NCBI GenBank assembly: GCA_905178155.1
Contig: CAJINV010000002.1
Span: 9,001,412-9,065,411 of the forward strand
DNA length: 64,000 nt
Direction of reading: 5' to 3'
Source of the DNA: Amoebophrya sp. A120
Taxonomy: Eukaryota > Protista > Dinoflagellata
Shown here in pieces: positions 23,724 through 36,400 of the stretch. Position 1 is the stretch's first letter, and every line of letters starts with the position of its first letter. The position numbers were made by a program, and so were the translations under genes. Below the pieces are notes generated by a model. It ran no database searches, was not told where the DNA came from, and worked only from the letters and a program-made list of their open reading frames with translations.

Positions 23724-24548
23724 GAATAAAGAAATGCGGAGGACCTTCATGCTTTGTAGCGGTTTTATTTCGCTGTTGTTTTAGGAATGAAGTTGAAATC
23801 TGTCGTTTCTGTTGTGAAAATACAAAGAAAGAAGTTTACTGCGAAATACAAAACTTTAAGAATACTGATTTACTTCAAGAAAAATTCCAAATCTGTTTTT
23901 TGCTTGCAGAAATGTAAAAAACTTAATTGCCTATGTGAAACAATGAATGGAGTGTCTCCACAAGGTGGATAGATTTTGCTTCAGATGATCCTTTTCACTC
24001 CCGCCCGTGGAGTAGTGCAAGATGAATATAGCTGTAAATCTGCCAAAATTCAACACCGGTAATATGACTAGCCTGAATGAATTTATGTAAGAAGACACAG
24101 GAGAGCAACGCTCGACTGGCTACGGCGGGTTTTCCTTTTCGCGTTTGCAGCAGCGCGCGCTGTTCGGTTGGTGCAACTTATTTTTCGTACCAGGACGGTA
24201 GTACTCCGGATATCACCGTCGGAACAGCATTTGAAATTGTCCAAAACAGTTTCGGATTGAAGTCGGTTGAAGAATGATCGATTGTGGCCAGCGGCATTCC
24301 AATGCGATCTTTTTGCAGCTTTCGGTGGTGCAAGATCTCAGGCAGGCAGGACTCAGATCCTGATGCGCAATTCTCAGAACTGATTGCCCCCCTACACCTC
24401 ATGCATAGGAATTCGCTTGCCCATTTGTTTCGGACTGCCGCTTCGTTTTCAGCCTTTACAATTAATGATCGCGTGCCCCGAGTAGATAGTAGAAAGCTTC
24501 GGAGTAATTCTCTTCGTATTTTTCTGCTCCACACAAATACAAATCACC

Positions 24549-25891
24549 ATGTCGACCCCCATCTCGACTACGAGTACCTCGGATCCCACCCTGACTCTCG
24601 AGTCTTTCCCTTCGCATTTTACCACATTTCTACTCACCTACACAACCCCCTTCGATCTCATTCTTGCAACTATTTTTCTGTGTTTTTCGCTGTACAAATT
24701 TGGCGCGCACCGGCAGAACTTTCTCGCCACAGCCACCCTGATCGCCGCGTACCTGGGTCGGAAAGCGATCTTACCCGCAACGAACCTGGACGGATGGGAT
24801 CCCGGAAATGATACCGTCGGGCCGGGCATCTACGGGGGGAAGGTGCTGTATGACGAGAAGAACAACATTGTTTACGGGAAGCAGTACCAAAACCACAACC
24901 CCTTCGTCGACGGACCGGTTTACGAGGGCAAAGGGGCGGGCTATTCCTTTATGAACTCCCTGTTGCGTGCGTTTGATGTGGATGGCTTGGAAACCGCACT
25001 GGAGAGAGACCCAGGCCTGTCTTTGGAAATCTCCACCGGCGGCGCGACGCCGCTACACTTCGCCGGCATGATCCGGATACCAAACAATAACGCCGCGAAA
25101 AACGCAACGGGCAAAGGACCGCGGGGTTCTGACGGCAGCAGGAGCGTCGGTGAGACAATTCCCAGCAGCGAGAACGCGTTTTATGAAGAGAAGATGCGGA
25201 AAATGGTGAAAAGCTTGCTGCAAGCGTGCCTTCTTCACATTACAGAAGAACAGAACAAACAAAAATCTGCTAGTAAGGCAAGAGGAGGCGGAACATCTTC
25301 CACTACTGTATCCTTATCTCCAGTGGACGCCTGCATCAACAAAAACATCGACCTATGGGGCTACACGCCGCTGCACCGCGCGGCTGGGAACGAGGCAGTG
25401 GCAGTTTTGCAGGAGCTAGTTGCCTATGAATGGCAAAAATGTCCGGGTCTGGGAGGTTTGGAAACTTGGCATGCTATCATGTCGATGGCGTCCTGCCTTC
25501 AATACACACCAGCACATGCGCACAACAAGTGTTTGTGCTGCCATGCGGTGCAGGGAATTTTCATTTTGCATGAGAGATTGCTGCTTTGCATTACAAAAAA
25601 GCTGAGAGGCCTTTGCGCAACATGCGTGACAGAATGGACGCATTTGCCTGCCGAGCATTACAAGTTTTCACTTTTCCAGACCAAGACATGTGTGCATGGC
25701 ATATCGCTGTCGAAAGTGTTGATTTGAACGTCATGTCGACTGGCGTCTACAACCTGTACGGCGGTCCAGAAACACCTTTGGAGACTGCAAGAAGAGAAAG
25801 CGCGGTAGTCGCAACGAGATTTTTGGAAGAGATTATGGAGAAAACGGAAGGGGAAAGTTCGAAAGCGACTCCTACAGACGCGAATAGATGA
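24549..25891 (+). CDS. Ankyrin-repeat protein with an N-terminal hydrophobic segment, ~352 aa; exons 24549-25424 and 25709-25891
   Basis: Ankyrin motifs GGATPLHFAG, WGYTPLHRAAGN and ETPLETAR. The third repeat joins in frame (QELVA|VESVDLN) only after element F is removed. Confidence 0.85.
25425..25703 (+). mobile_element. Introner-like TIR element F, related to element B
   Basis: TIRs tatgaatggcaaaaatgtccgggtctggga and (rc) tatgccatgcacacatgtcttggtctggaa, sharing the tgtc(t/c)gggtct core with element B. DR TTGCC/TCGCT. CATG-rich interior. Confidence 0.85.
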
Positions 25892-26431
25892 AGAGGCTTT
25901 GTTGTGCTGGGAAAATCTCGAAGTGCATATAAGTGATTTCGTCTCTGGCTTCCTCCGTTTACCACGAGGGGAGGCACATTTAAAGTAGGTTGGAAGAAAA
26001 CTGTGTTTGTGTCCTGGCCATATGAACAAGAAGCATCGTGTACTGCAGAACGATGTTAGAATAACCAAGTCGTCCGTATACTGCAGAAAAAATTCAGACG
26101 AAGCAAATCGTGCGCACTTTCCGTTAGCATAATCGTGTTTAATTTTTCGTGAAGCACTCGCATCCATCTCTTGTGTAGTCACACCGGCAAATTCCCGTGC
26201 ATCCTTGTCTCGTTCTCGTTGCTTTTGCACGTGCGTGCGTCGCAGTCGTGTACGACCAACGTGGTCCTCATTTTTTCCAAATCAGCAACCCGCTCCTTCC
26301 CTTATGTTGAACTGCTGTCATCGATTTGCTGATAGAGGCCTAGATTGAAGCAGCGTCGTGCACGTAATATGTTCTAGACCGTAATTATCCTGTTTACCAT
26401 TTACAGTTTTTTCAACCGAAAACCCAATAAA

Positions 26432-26797
26432 ATGCTCGGGAGCAGCACAAGGAATCACGGCTCGAACTCCCCGTCCACACCGGCGACCCGCCGCATTCCG
26501 ATCCAGCTAAAAAGCGTGACCGATAGCGGTATCGTGCCCCGGAACAAGAAATGGAAGAAGCAGCAAGCGTGGAAAACACACGAGATTTTTGCCGCTTTCG
26601 TCGGGTGCCTACTGCTCTGGTGGGGCTTCCTCTACGGCTTGATGCAGCTCTTTGGGGAGCATCGAGGTGGGAGCCCTAGTAATCCTGCGTTCAAAAGCGA
26701 CGACAGCCCAGGAGAGGTGGAGGCCGGAGACAGGAAAATGGGCGGCGCTTCTAGTGAGCCGATTACCGCTTTCACCCAGTCGACAACAAGCGCTTGA
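26432..26797 (+). CDS. Small hypothetical single-pass membrane protein (121 aa)
   Basis: ATG-initiated ORF; basic stretch RNKKWKKQ followed by TM-like IFAAFVGCLLLWWGFLYGLMQLF. Confidence 0.55.
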   Translation: MLGSSTRNHGSNSPSTPATRRIPIQLKSVTDSGIVPRNKKWKKQQAWKTHEIFAAFVGCLLLWWGFLYGLMQLFGEHRGGSPSNPAFKSDDSPGEVEAGDRKMGGASSEPITAFTQSTTSA

Positions 26798-27580
26798 ACC
26801 AGTGCGGGAAATCAATCTCCAAAAGGGCGCGGAAGCCCATAGTTACTCGCGAGTACTTCTCAAGAGATCGATAAACCAATAGCATGTACAATGAGCATGA
26901 AATAAACATGCGTTCTGACCTGAGCGTTTTCATAATACCGTAGCCCCTGTTTCGAAAATCAAAAACCGTGGGAAATGTCACCGCTGCGTTTGTGCTGTTG
27001 GGTCCTGCTTTTCATATCGTTTTGTTGTTCTTCTCTTGGGTCCGGCGTAGGGGTGCTGCATCGTTCCTTGTGCCCGACAATTGCTGTTTCGCGTCGTTAG
27101 TGGATCTCTATGTGTTTCGGTTCCCAGAAAATCGGTGGCAAACGTTTGCGCTCGGTCTGTTCGTTCCCAGTGTTGCACTTGTTGTTTTCGGCTCTTCCAA
27201 TTATATCGCTTTAGCTCGTATCTCTCTGCTTCGGCTCGTACTTAAGAGGCGTGGTAAGCGCATCTCACTTTTTGGGCTAATTATTTCATGTCGAAAAAAC
27301 GGGATCGCGGGGTGGCTAGCTGGGTTCGTGCAGAAATCTTCGGTTTGTAATTTTCACATTTGGAATTAATGATCCTCACCTTCTTTATTTGGCATCCCAC
27401 GACAAGAATTTCAACTTTAGGAAGTTTTCAGTGCTTGGGTTTTTGTTCAACATTGTTGTGGCACGCAGAAGGGCTACTTTTTGGTGAAATGCATTGAAGA
27501 AACCTCGGGGAAAGTTAGTCGCACATAGAGCTGCTCGAAAAACATCTTCTAGCCATACGGAAAATTATCCCATATCCACT

Positions 27581-30326
27581 ATGACGATGATAGGGCAGCC
27601 TGCGGTCGACGCGAATCGCGATTTTCCGAACCTTGTGGAGGAGTACCAGGGTCTTTCGCAATTCGACAATGACGACGCGGAATCTTGCCGAACCATATCC
27701 CCGACGGAAGAGCACAACAACCAGCTGCAGCCCGTGCTGGAGGAGGACGAGGAGCAGGAGGACGACGTCCAGACCGAAGTTCCGGCCTCGGAAGTCGGGG
27801 CGGATCACTACTACCGGACTTCCAATGGCCAGCAGCAGCTGCACAACAACGGGGCGTCGAGCTCTTCTGCTTGCAATTCCGGGGCGGAGAACAACCACCC
27901 GTTGACTGCGTATTTCAGTCACAGCTCGTCGAACCAGCAGAGCAAAAACAGCATCGGCCAGATCGCGGAGGAGGACGACGAGAAGACGGTCGTGCTGCAC
28001 GACCAATTGTCGCCCGATCGGTTGAGCCCGGTGATGGAAAAACACTTCGAGGCACAGCTGTTGAACAAGGAAAAGACCGTGCGGGTGAGCGGAACAACAG
28101 GTGGGGTTGTTTCGAGTTCTAGTTCGCAACACCCTAGGTTTACAGCGGCGCCCCCGGGCGGCAATACTTCGGCAGGCACAGCGGGGAATGTTGGGGTCTA
28201 TCTCCCCCCGGTGGTGCAAGTGGCCACATCGGCGTCGTCTTCGAATAATATTAACTTCGCGAGTTCTACTTCGGGCGCATTACCAGCCGGTGGCAGGCTT
28301 GTGACCGGAGATCAGGTTTGTTTGGTTTTTTTATTGCATGAAACCCTTGGCAGCTTGATTGTTGCGATGATATGGTTCTTGTCGTTTTGGAGTTCTGTTC
28401 TTGGTGTTTTATGGAAGCGTTTTCTTGTCATCAAAAATGGACTTAGGTTCCGAACCCGATTCGCATCACTGCTCCGGGAACGGTCGCCACCACTACACGA
28501 AAGAGTGCGTATGCCGCTCCAGTGAACTTTTCCACGTACTGTGCTGTGATGCTTTTCTTGAAGGCGTGTCAGGAGTTAGTTTGACTACTTAATCTTGCTT
28601 TGTTCGTGATTCGAGGTTTGATCAAAATGGTTCTCAGAAATAAGCACGAGCACATCCTGCATTTAAAGATACGGCGCGATGTCCCCGCAGAACGTGAGCC
28701 GGATGCTGACGCCGCGGAACCCACAAATCAACTTCGCCGGGACAAGGACGCCGCAGCCGTGGCAAATGGTACATCGCCAGCAGTCCTGGTCGCCAAAGCA
28801 AGTTCACCGCCAAAGTTCCACGAACGTCCAGTTCACCACCGGCGGGATACAGGCCAGGGCGACCACTGTCGGTAGGGAGGTTTTTCTTGACTTTTTTCCT
28901 AAAGCGACTGCGTTTCTGTTTCTTGATATCGTTCGGATGAAATACGACTACATGTTGAGGCGGAAGAGGACCAGCCATAAAACTAGAAACACTACTGGTT
29001 CTTGACTTCAATCATGGACAAAAATCAAAAGTTCCCGCGGCCGCTCGGGACCACCTCCACCGCCGTCTGCAAGTGGATGTGGCAGGTACCATCACGCCGG
29101 CGCCGATGCTGCCGAGTTACGACATCCTCCGCGGGGACACCAACCAGGCGATCCGCACCACGACAAACCACCAGAGGTCGTTGAGCCCAGCGAAATTTTT
29201 GGAACCAAGCACTGGGTCAGCAAATTGCCAACGGTCCAGTTCCGCAAGTTCCTCCTCCTCTGCGTCCAACCGCATTCGGATCCAGCCGCCGCCGAGTATG
29301 ACCGCCGTGCAGAAGCCGACGATCCTGGTTGCGCCGCCGGCGGGAGAGCACGGGCTTGGAGGTGGAGCAGCAGCGGCGTCAACAGCTTCATCCGGGCCCG
29401 CGGTGATAAAGACACTAGTAGAGCAGCAAGGGGGGACCGCGAAGAACTGTGAGGAGAAAACGAAAGCAGATCTTGGTCAAGAAGTTGAATTATCGGGAGA
29501 CGGCGTTGCAGCAGAAAGTAACTCCTCTGCAGTAAAAGTCGCACCAGCAACATCTGGCGGTATCATCCCGAATGCGATCGGTCTAGCGACGACGCAGCCC
29601 GTGCCGAAGTTCACGGTCAAGCTTGGGCCGGACGGAAATAAGACGGTAGTTCAGGAAGGTGGTGCTACGGGGGTAGCAGAGCAACAAGCCAGCACTTCCA
29701 ACAAAGCCCAACGCGCGTCGTCCGTGATTCGCGATCGGTCTGTGATTCGGGGCGCAGATGCTACGAATTCGCGGAGTGCAACAGTCGCACCGAATTCGAC
29801 GCTGATCGCTCCACGGGGCGTGCAGATGGCGTCCGGGGGCATGCCGTTGTTTGGCGCAGGCTTGACAACAGCCAGCGGGGAGTCGATATACAACAGAACG
29901 AAAACCTTTTTTCCCGCCTCGCGAATCAACACCAGCGCAGCGGCAGCAAGTAGTAGCCACCAGGGATTTCAGGCAAAGAAGCAGATGGAGACTGCTGCGA
30001 GTCTTAACACAGGTTCCGTCCTTGCGGGAACGAGCAACGCAACCCAGCCGCAAAGCGCTGGTATCGCTATCACGCCCGTGCAGGAGGAGAACCCGGCAAG
30101 CAGGGGTGTAAACGTCAACGCAAATGTGAGCACGGCGGCGGTGGCGAACCGGGTGCACCGTGTGGGGCAGGCCGTCCCGTTTTTTAAACGGGTGTGGACC
30201 CAGCCAACTCCGTGGGGTTTGTCTGCCAAAGTCGGGCTTCCGCTTATGACGGCGCGCGGCGGAGCGCCGTCGTCGGGCAAAAACACACCGGGGGATGCCG
30301 CTACGGGGACACCGTTGGAGAATTAA
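27581..30326 (+). CDS. Low-complexity (Ser/Thr/Ala/Gln-rich) hypothetical protein, ~773 aa; exons 27581-28315, 28447-28535, 28669-28871, 29032-30326
   Basis: Three GT-AG introns with mutually compatible phases (0, 2, 1); exons total 2322 nt. No domain recognised. Confidence 0.7.
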
Positions 30327-33300
30327 GCTTGAGGGTGCCTGTGGTTTGCGCGACACAGTGTAGCCATTCCAGCTATTTCGGAATGTGCTGGCACAGATTT
30401 CTCGTGGAGTTTCCCGGGCAGAATTTCATCTTCCCTTTGGTAGCGCTGAAAAGAACGTTTTTGAGAATAGTCAGCTGATATTTTCCTGTTGCAAAATTCA
30501 AGTTTCAATTTGAACATGTTGGAAATTTGGACACTTTTGTAATGCCTTCCTGCTATTGATCATCGTGTACTAACTGGTATTTTAAATGTAGAATTTTGAT
30601 AGGGACGCGGCGGAGGTGCAGCATAAGGCTTGGAGTTTGAAGTTCATGACTTTGAGAGCTTCAACATCTCTACCCTGTATCAGAATTGGAGAACATCTAC
30701 GAAGAATTTGTCGAACTGGACCAGAAATCTTGTCATATTGAAATGAAATTGAAGACTCGTGATGAAACATCTGCCCACCTGTAATGCCTTCCGGCGCAAG
30801 AATCCAAGCGATCATGAAATTGATTCGTGTGTTCCTCCAGCTAGGTGTGTTTGCCTGGCGAAGAACACAGCTCAGATATAAAAGCCGAGGGGAGTGGATT
30901 TGTATGCGGCTGCTTCTGCGTCATATTTCGGAGGCCGGCAGACTCATCAACAACAATAGCGGGCGGGCGCGAGAGAAGGCGGCCGCCCCTGCGCCGGCGT
31001 GCTCGGCGCAAGCCCCGGCGGGGCACTGCCGCGCGCGATCCTGTTGCGCCGCGGGTGGGTTTTGGGCGGTCCGCGACGGGCGAAGTTTTTGCGCCAGGCG
31101 GCGCCCGCGCGCCGAATGAGTTCGATCAAGGGGGCGAAGTGCCCGCGGGGCTCCCTGTTCTGCTGCTGTTGTCATCTCGCCCGCCTTTGGAAGCGGCGCC
31201 GAACTCGGCAGCGCCTCCGCGCCGTGCGAGGCACGGGGCAAGCGGCCCGGGGCCTCGCGGGCGCGCTAACAATGACCGCCGAACAGCCTGGCGGCGGGGC
31301 GTTCCGGCTCATGTGCCGAGAAGATGTCGGCGCCACCAAAGCGGCGGGCCGCCCCCTATCGGCAGGCGCCCCGTCCTGTAGACTGGTAAGCGGCGCGACT
31401 TTGGGCGGGCCCAGCAGGCTCGCGGGGAAGGCGTAGCCTCGAAACTGATGGCCGTAGCGTCTCAATTTGTCATGCGCACAGCGTGACAGATTGAATACTT
31501 GGGCAAAATTTGCCCGGCCGGATTAATCGCCCCGGCCAAGCGGGCGACGCGAAGGCGCCGACGGAGAGAGCGCGCTTTGTCGGCCATGGCTCGCAGGTCC
31601 GGGAAAGTGTCGCGCGGAACCTCGGCGCCGCCGCGGCAGCAGTCGACTGGCGTTTGGCGCAGAGCAAACGCCGGGCGGGGCAGGCCAAGGAAGCCCACAG
31701 CCGGCGCCGCGGCCATGCTGGAGAAGCCCCGCGCGCATGCCGCAAAAAGTCTGCGCCCGCCCGGCACGTGCCGGGTCGGGTGATGCCCCGGCCCCCCGGG
31801 CGCGCCGGTCCGTGCTGCGCCTTCGCCGCGGGGGCCCCCCGTCTCGGCCTGTGTCCCCGGGCCGTGCGCTGCGGGGCCTGCGCCTGCACGGGGCCCCGGC
31901 CGCCCTGTGCAGAGCCCCCGAAAGGTACCGCTCTGCCCTAGCGCGCAGCCGTCCGGGCGTGCCCGCCCGACCGCAAAAGGGGCCGGCCGCCCGCGCAGCC
32001 CCGCTGTCCGCCGGCCCGTCTTGGCATTCCAATGCGGGGCGCAGCATTGTCCTCGACCACGTGCTGCTGCGCTTGGTAGAAACAGATTGGCGCGTGCCAA
32101 TCTTTTGCGCGGGGCCTCGAATTTCAAGGCGCCGCCGCTCCAGATGCTCACGGACTTAGGTTTTTCGCAAACATTGAGTCGTAGAAAGCTTGGTAGCGAG
32201 TTGGAGGTGTCTTGCTCAACTAGAAGCGAGCGCACGTGTTGAATTTCCAGGCGGCCTCGCCGCACTGCCGGACCACGCACGGCGGTTGCAGCCTGAAAGC
32301 CGGCGGGCTACCTCCCAGGCGTGTATCGTTGCGCCGGGGATGTTCTTTTTCATGGCAGGTAGGAGCGTTGGGTGGAGCGCAAGCGACGGGGCCAATGTCC
32401 GAGCGCAACCAACTTACGAGAGAGTGCGAGAGGTCGGGTGTGGTGGATCTGAAAAGTGAGGCGCGGAGATTTGATGTGCACGCGCAGTTTATAGTCTCTA
32501 CACCCAGACAGAAGGTCGGCTCGTTTCGAAGTTCCTGTACACAATTTTGGAGATAGAAAGCCAGTTTATCATGTACCAGAGCCGTCTTCTGCTTCTTCGG
32601 GACCAAACGCCACCACAGTTCGACAAACGTCTTCTGCAAGGACAAGAGCAGCGCTGCGACCGGGAATCTACCACATCAAAAAAGCCCGACGCGCAACAGC
32701 ATCGGGAAGTAGAACCGAGTGGACGGGTGTGCGGCAGGGGCAGAAGCCCAAGAAGGAGGCTGGAAAGTCGATCTTTGTAGACAGGCGCTTTTTTCTTGAG
32801 AAAGAGCGCGATCATCATGTACAAAATTTGGTTTAGCACGTAAGAAAACCTCCTTTCTGCAGCCTTGACGATGGATATATCGGTGCAGCACCGGAAAGCT
32901 TGTCGCAGAAGAAAGTGGCGGTATGAGGAAGCAGAGCAAAGTGCCATGTTTGACAGGAATTATGAGTCTGGGAACTCCACTTCTTCAACATCGCCAAAAC
33001 CTGTTTCACGCCGTGATGATGATGATGATGGCGATGACGGAGAGCACCGATCTACCATTTGCGACATGAAGATGTGGAAGTATTGGCGAAGGAAGCGAAG
33101 AAGATCTACTAGGTCAGAAACAGAGGAGCCTTGTGAAGGGTCTCAAACTTATTTGGAAAGCTGTCCTTTTGGGAGGCAGCGGCCAAAACATGCAGTGTGC
33201 AATCACAGCAGTTCTTACCAGCACGACAAGCCACGGCCTTACGACCGCGGACGAGTTGTGGAAGAAGCAATAAGTTTCATTCGAAGAACCTCCGCCAGCC

Positions 33301-33458
33301 TGCTTCATCAGAAAAAGTCCTGCCACATGAACAGGCGCCGGCGAAAGAACTTCTGGTGGGACAAATATCGAAAAAGATCCAGGACAAAAATAGGACCTGA
33401 GGCCGACGCGGCAGCCGCAGCATTTGCTTCCAGTTGTAGAAGATGTACAACTCCGCTG

Positions 33459-36400
33459 ATGTACTTCCTTCGCAAAAATTTCTTCTTTTTCATCCTCACA
33501 GCCACGTTCTTTTTCGCCCTTTTGCCGACGCTTGTCCAGCACCTTCTCGTCCTGGCCCAGGAAGTCCGTCCCCCGTCGCTTCTCTTCAGCAGTCGTGGGC
33601 AGATCCGGCTGCAACTCCACGAACCCACGACCAGTCCGGTACTGCAGAGCCCTGGAGGTTCTTTTAGTACAACCTCCTCCGCGTGCCAGCTGCTCCGGGA
33701 TGACGGGTTGGGCTCTCCGATCTCCATCCTCGCGTACAACGGGACGTGTAACGACGAGGTCGGGCTATTTGGGTTGGAGATCGACCGCAACTACCGGTTT
33801 CAGACCGTGCTGACAAACGAGGAACACGAGAACAGGAACGCCTCCTCTTCCATCGTGATTTCCTACGCCTCAGCCGGTACGCCGATTTTCCCCAACGCCT
33901 TCAAACCGAGAATAACGAAGGACGGCAAGTCCGACGTGGTACTTAGCTGGATCGCGCCGAACGACATGGGCAGCCCGGTGCTGGGGTTTGTCGTCGCCTA
34001 CACGACCGGAACGCACAACGACGAATCAAAGTGGACAAAAATTTACGACAATCCGGAAAACCCAAACCAATTCACCTTCCGTGTCACAGACCTCGACTCC
34101 ATGGCCCTGCACCGCTTTCGCGTACACGCGCGGAACCGAGTCGGGCTGGGGTTGCCGTCCTCGGAAAACTCAATACAGCTGTCGCGGTTGCAGGTGAAAA
34201 AAATTATAGCGGCTTTGTGATGTTGTCGTATAGAAGCCTGGAGGTAAAAGTTTTCTTTGTTTGGAAAGAAGCAAGCTGTATCGTATTTCTTCTTTTCTTA
34301 AACTCTCCCTTCCAGGTCGCTCCCCTCTCTCGCGCACTCCAATTTCCGCGCACCGTTCCCGTGACCAATTCCGGTTTCCGTACCGTGCTTCAGGGTGTGG
34401 ACCCCAGAACGAACTACGACGACAAGCAGGGTGGGCGGCTGTTTCTGATGCAAATCCGAAACCTGTGTGAGCTCGACCCTAGCGACAAAGAGTCGTGTCG
34501 GGATGTCACGGCAGAGCATGTCTTTTTCGAAGATAACCCAAATTCGAGGCCGCAAAAACCCGTTTGCTGCTTTCTCGGCGAGGACCTGAACGACGGCACG
34601 TACTCCATCGAGGGCAAGATACCGAAGAAGGGAAGGTTCACGGTGGGCATTCAATCTCTGGAAGTCGGCGGGCTGTGGGGGCAGTATTGGAATAATCAGT
34701 GGCTGCAGGGGCTTCCCTTTGCAGCACGGCAAGAGGTGGTCGATTTCGACTGGAAGGACGGGATTGTGGGGAGGTACGTAGGACTATGGTTTTTATTTCC
34801 TACGGTTTTATGTTGAATCGCTTGCAATTTTAATTTCTGTTCTTCTGTCCCGAAGCATGTACATCCAGCACAATGTGCGCACGATTTCAGTAGCGAAATT
34901 CAAATAAAACAGTGCCGCTTCCGTCGATTTCGTCGCCGCCAAGTGGTCCGGTTACCTTGTTCCGCAGTACACGCAGCGGTACACGTTTTCCCTGCAAGCG
35001 GACGACGGAGTGAAGCTGTACGTGAACAACGAGCTGATAGTCGACAAATGGTACGAAACCAGCGGCGATTTTTCCGGCGCCGTGGATCTGAAGGGGAACA
35101 CCTTCGTGCCCATAGAACTGGTCTACCGCGAGGTTCTGGGGAACGCAACCTGCAAACTGTTTTACCAATCCTTTTCCGTCGCGAAGCAGATAGTGCCCGG
35201 GGACCGGCTGTACCGCGGCACGTGGATTACGGGGTTCCCGACCTTCATCCAGGTGCAGTCCGAGTTGCTGGAACGGGGATACGAAAACAAAACGGACTAC
35301 AGCTTATCGCAACTTCTGTCCCAGTCCGCCATCGATACCTCGCCGTCAAAATCCACCGTTTTCGGCCCGGTGATCGAGACCAAGACCGCCTTAGCCGGAG
35401 AAACGAACGAGTTCTTCATCCAGGCTAGAGATCAGTTAGGGTTCAACCGCTCGACGGTCCTCGACCACTGGGAAGTGTTGCTCACCCACAGTGAGGACAG
35501 CAACATCAACATTTTTCCCACTGTCACGCCGTACCCCAGCGCGGACCGCGAGACCGGCATGTATCGTGTGACGTTCACGCTGGAAACGATGGGCACGTAC
35601 AAAATGTCTTTGAAGATCCACGGGGAATTCGTACAGCACTTTCCGATGAACATCGAGGGGCTGGCCGGGCGCCCGGACGTGGAGTCGACGCAGGCGTTCG
35701 GGAACGCAACTTCGTACTTCTACGCTGGGGTGGCTGCGGATTTCGAGGTTTTCGTGAAGGATAAGTTCGGGAACGCGGTCACCGACGCGAACTTGCAGAT
35801 CGAGGTGGCGATCCACTGGGAGGGCTACATCGCGGGGTCGGCGTACTTCGACGGCAAGGCGGTCAGCGACACCGATTTGCTCAACGCGGAATTCGGCCGG
35901 CACTTCTTCGGCTCGCCGCGGTACGACCGGCCGGGGGTGTACGTCGTGACCTACACGGCTTTGCGCGCGGGGAACAACAAAATGTACGTGAAAGTGCGGG
36001 GGCAGAACGTCCGCGGCTCGCCCTTCGCGGTCATCGGGTATGCGCAGCGGGACATGACGACGATGAAGGAGCAGCCGTTCGGGCCGCGGTGCAAAGTGAC
36101 TTCGGGGGAGCCGCCGACGGAGTGGCGGGCCGGGTCGTACCATGCCATGATGGTACAGTTGCGGGACGCTTTCGGGAACCCGCTCTCCACACCGCTCTCC
36201 CAACGGCCCAACATCCGGATTTTCACCATTCCGACGAGTTCTCGCGAAGACAATTTCGAGTGCAAGCCCTACCTCGGGTGCGACGCGGACTACCACACCT
36301 TTCCGACGACCTGGAACATCATCGGGCAGTTCTGCACGCAGGTGCGCGGGGTCTACGAGTGCACCATGCGGCCGGAGTACGCTTCTCTCGGGAATGACCG

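Noticed and set aside
25425-25727. Cys/His-rich C-terminus of the 392-aa ankyrin ORF as a zinc-binding domain
   Set aside because: It is read-through of introner F; the ankyrin repeat continues in another frame at 25709.
30600-30790. Coding-like fragment (ELENIYEEFVELDQK...)
   Set aside because: Short, with no start codon or recognisable family; cannot be supported as a gene.
30877-32493. Large TAT...ATA element bounding the GC island
   Set aside because: Only tataaa matches at the two ends, and the flanking 5-mers (tcaga/gtctc) are not direct repeats.
32865-33458. Arg-rich 198-aa N-terminal extension of the giant protein
   Set aside because: In frame but low-complexity. The ATG at 33459 directly precedes a signal-like segment, so the extension is treated as uncertain.
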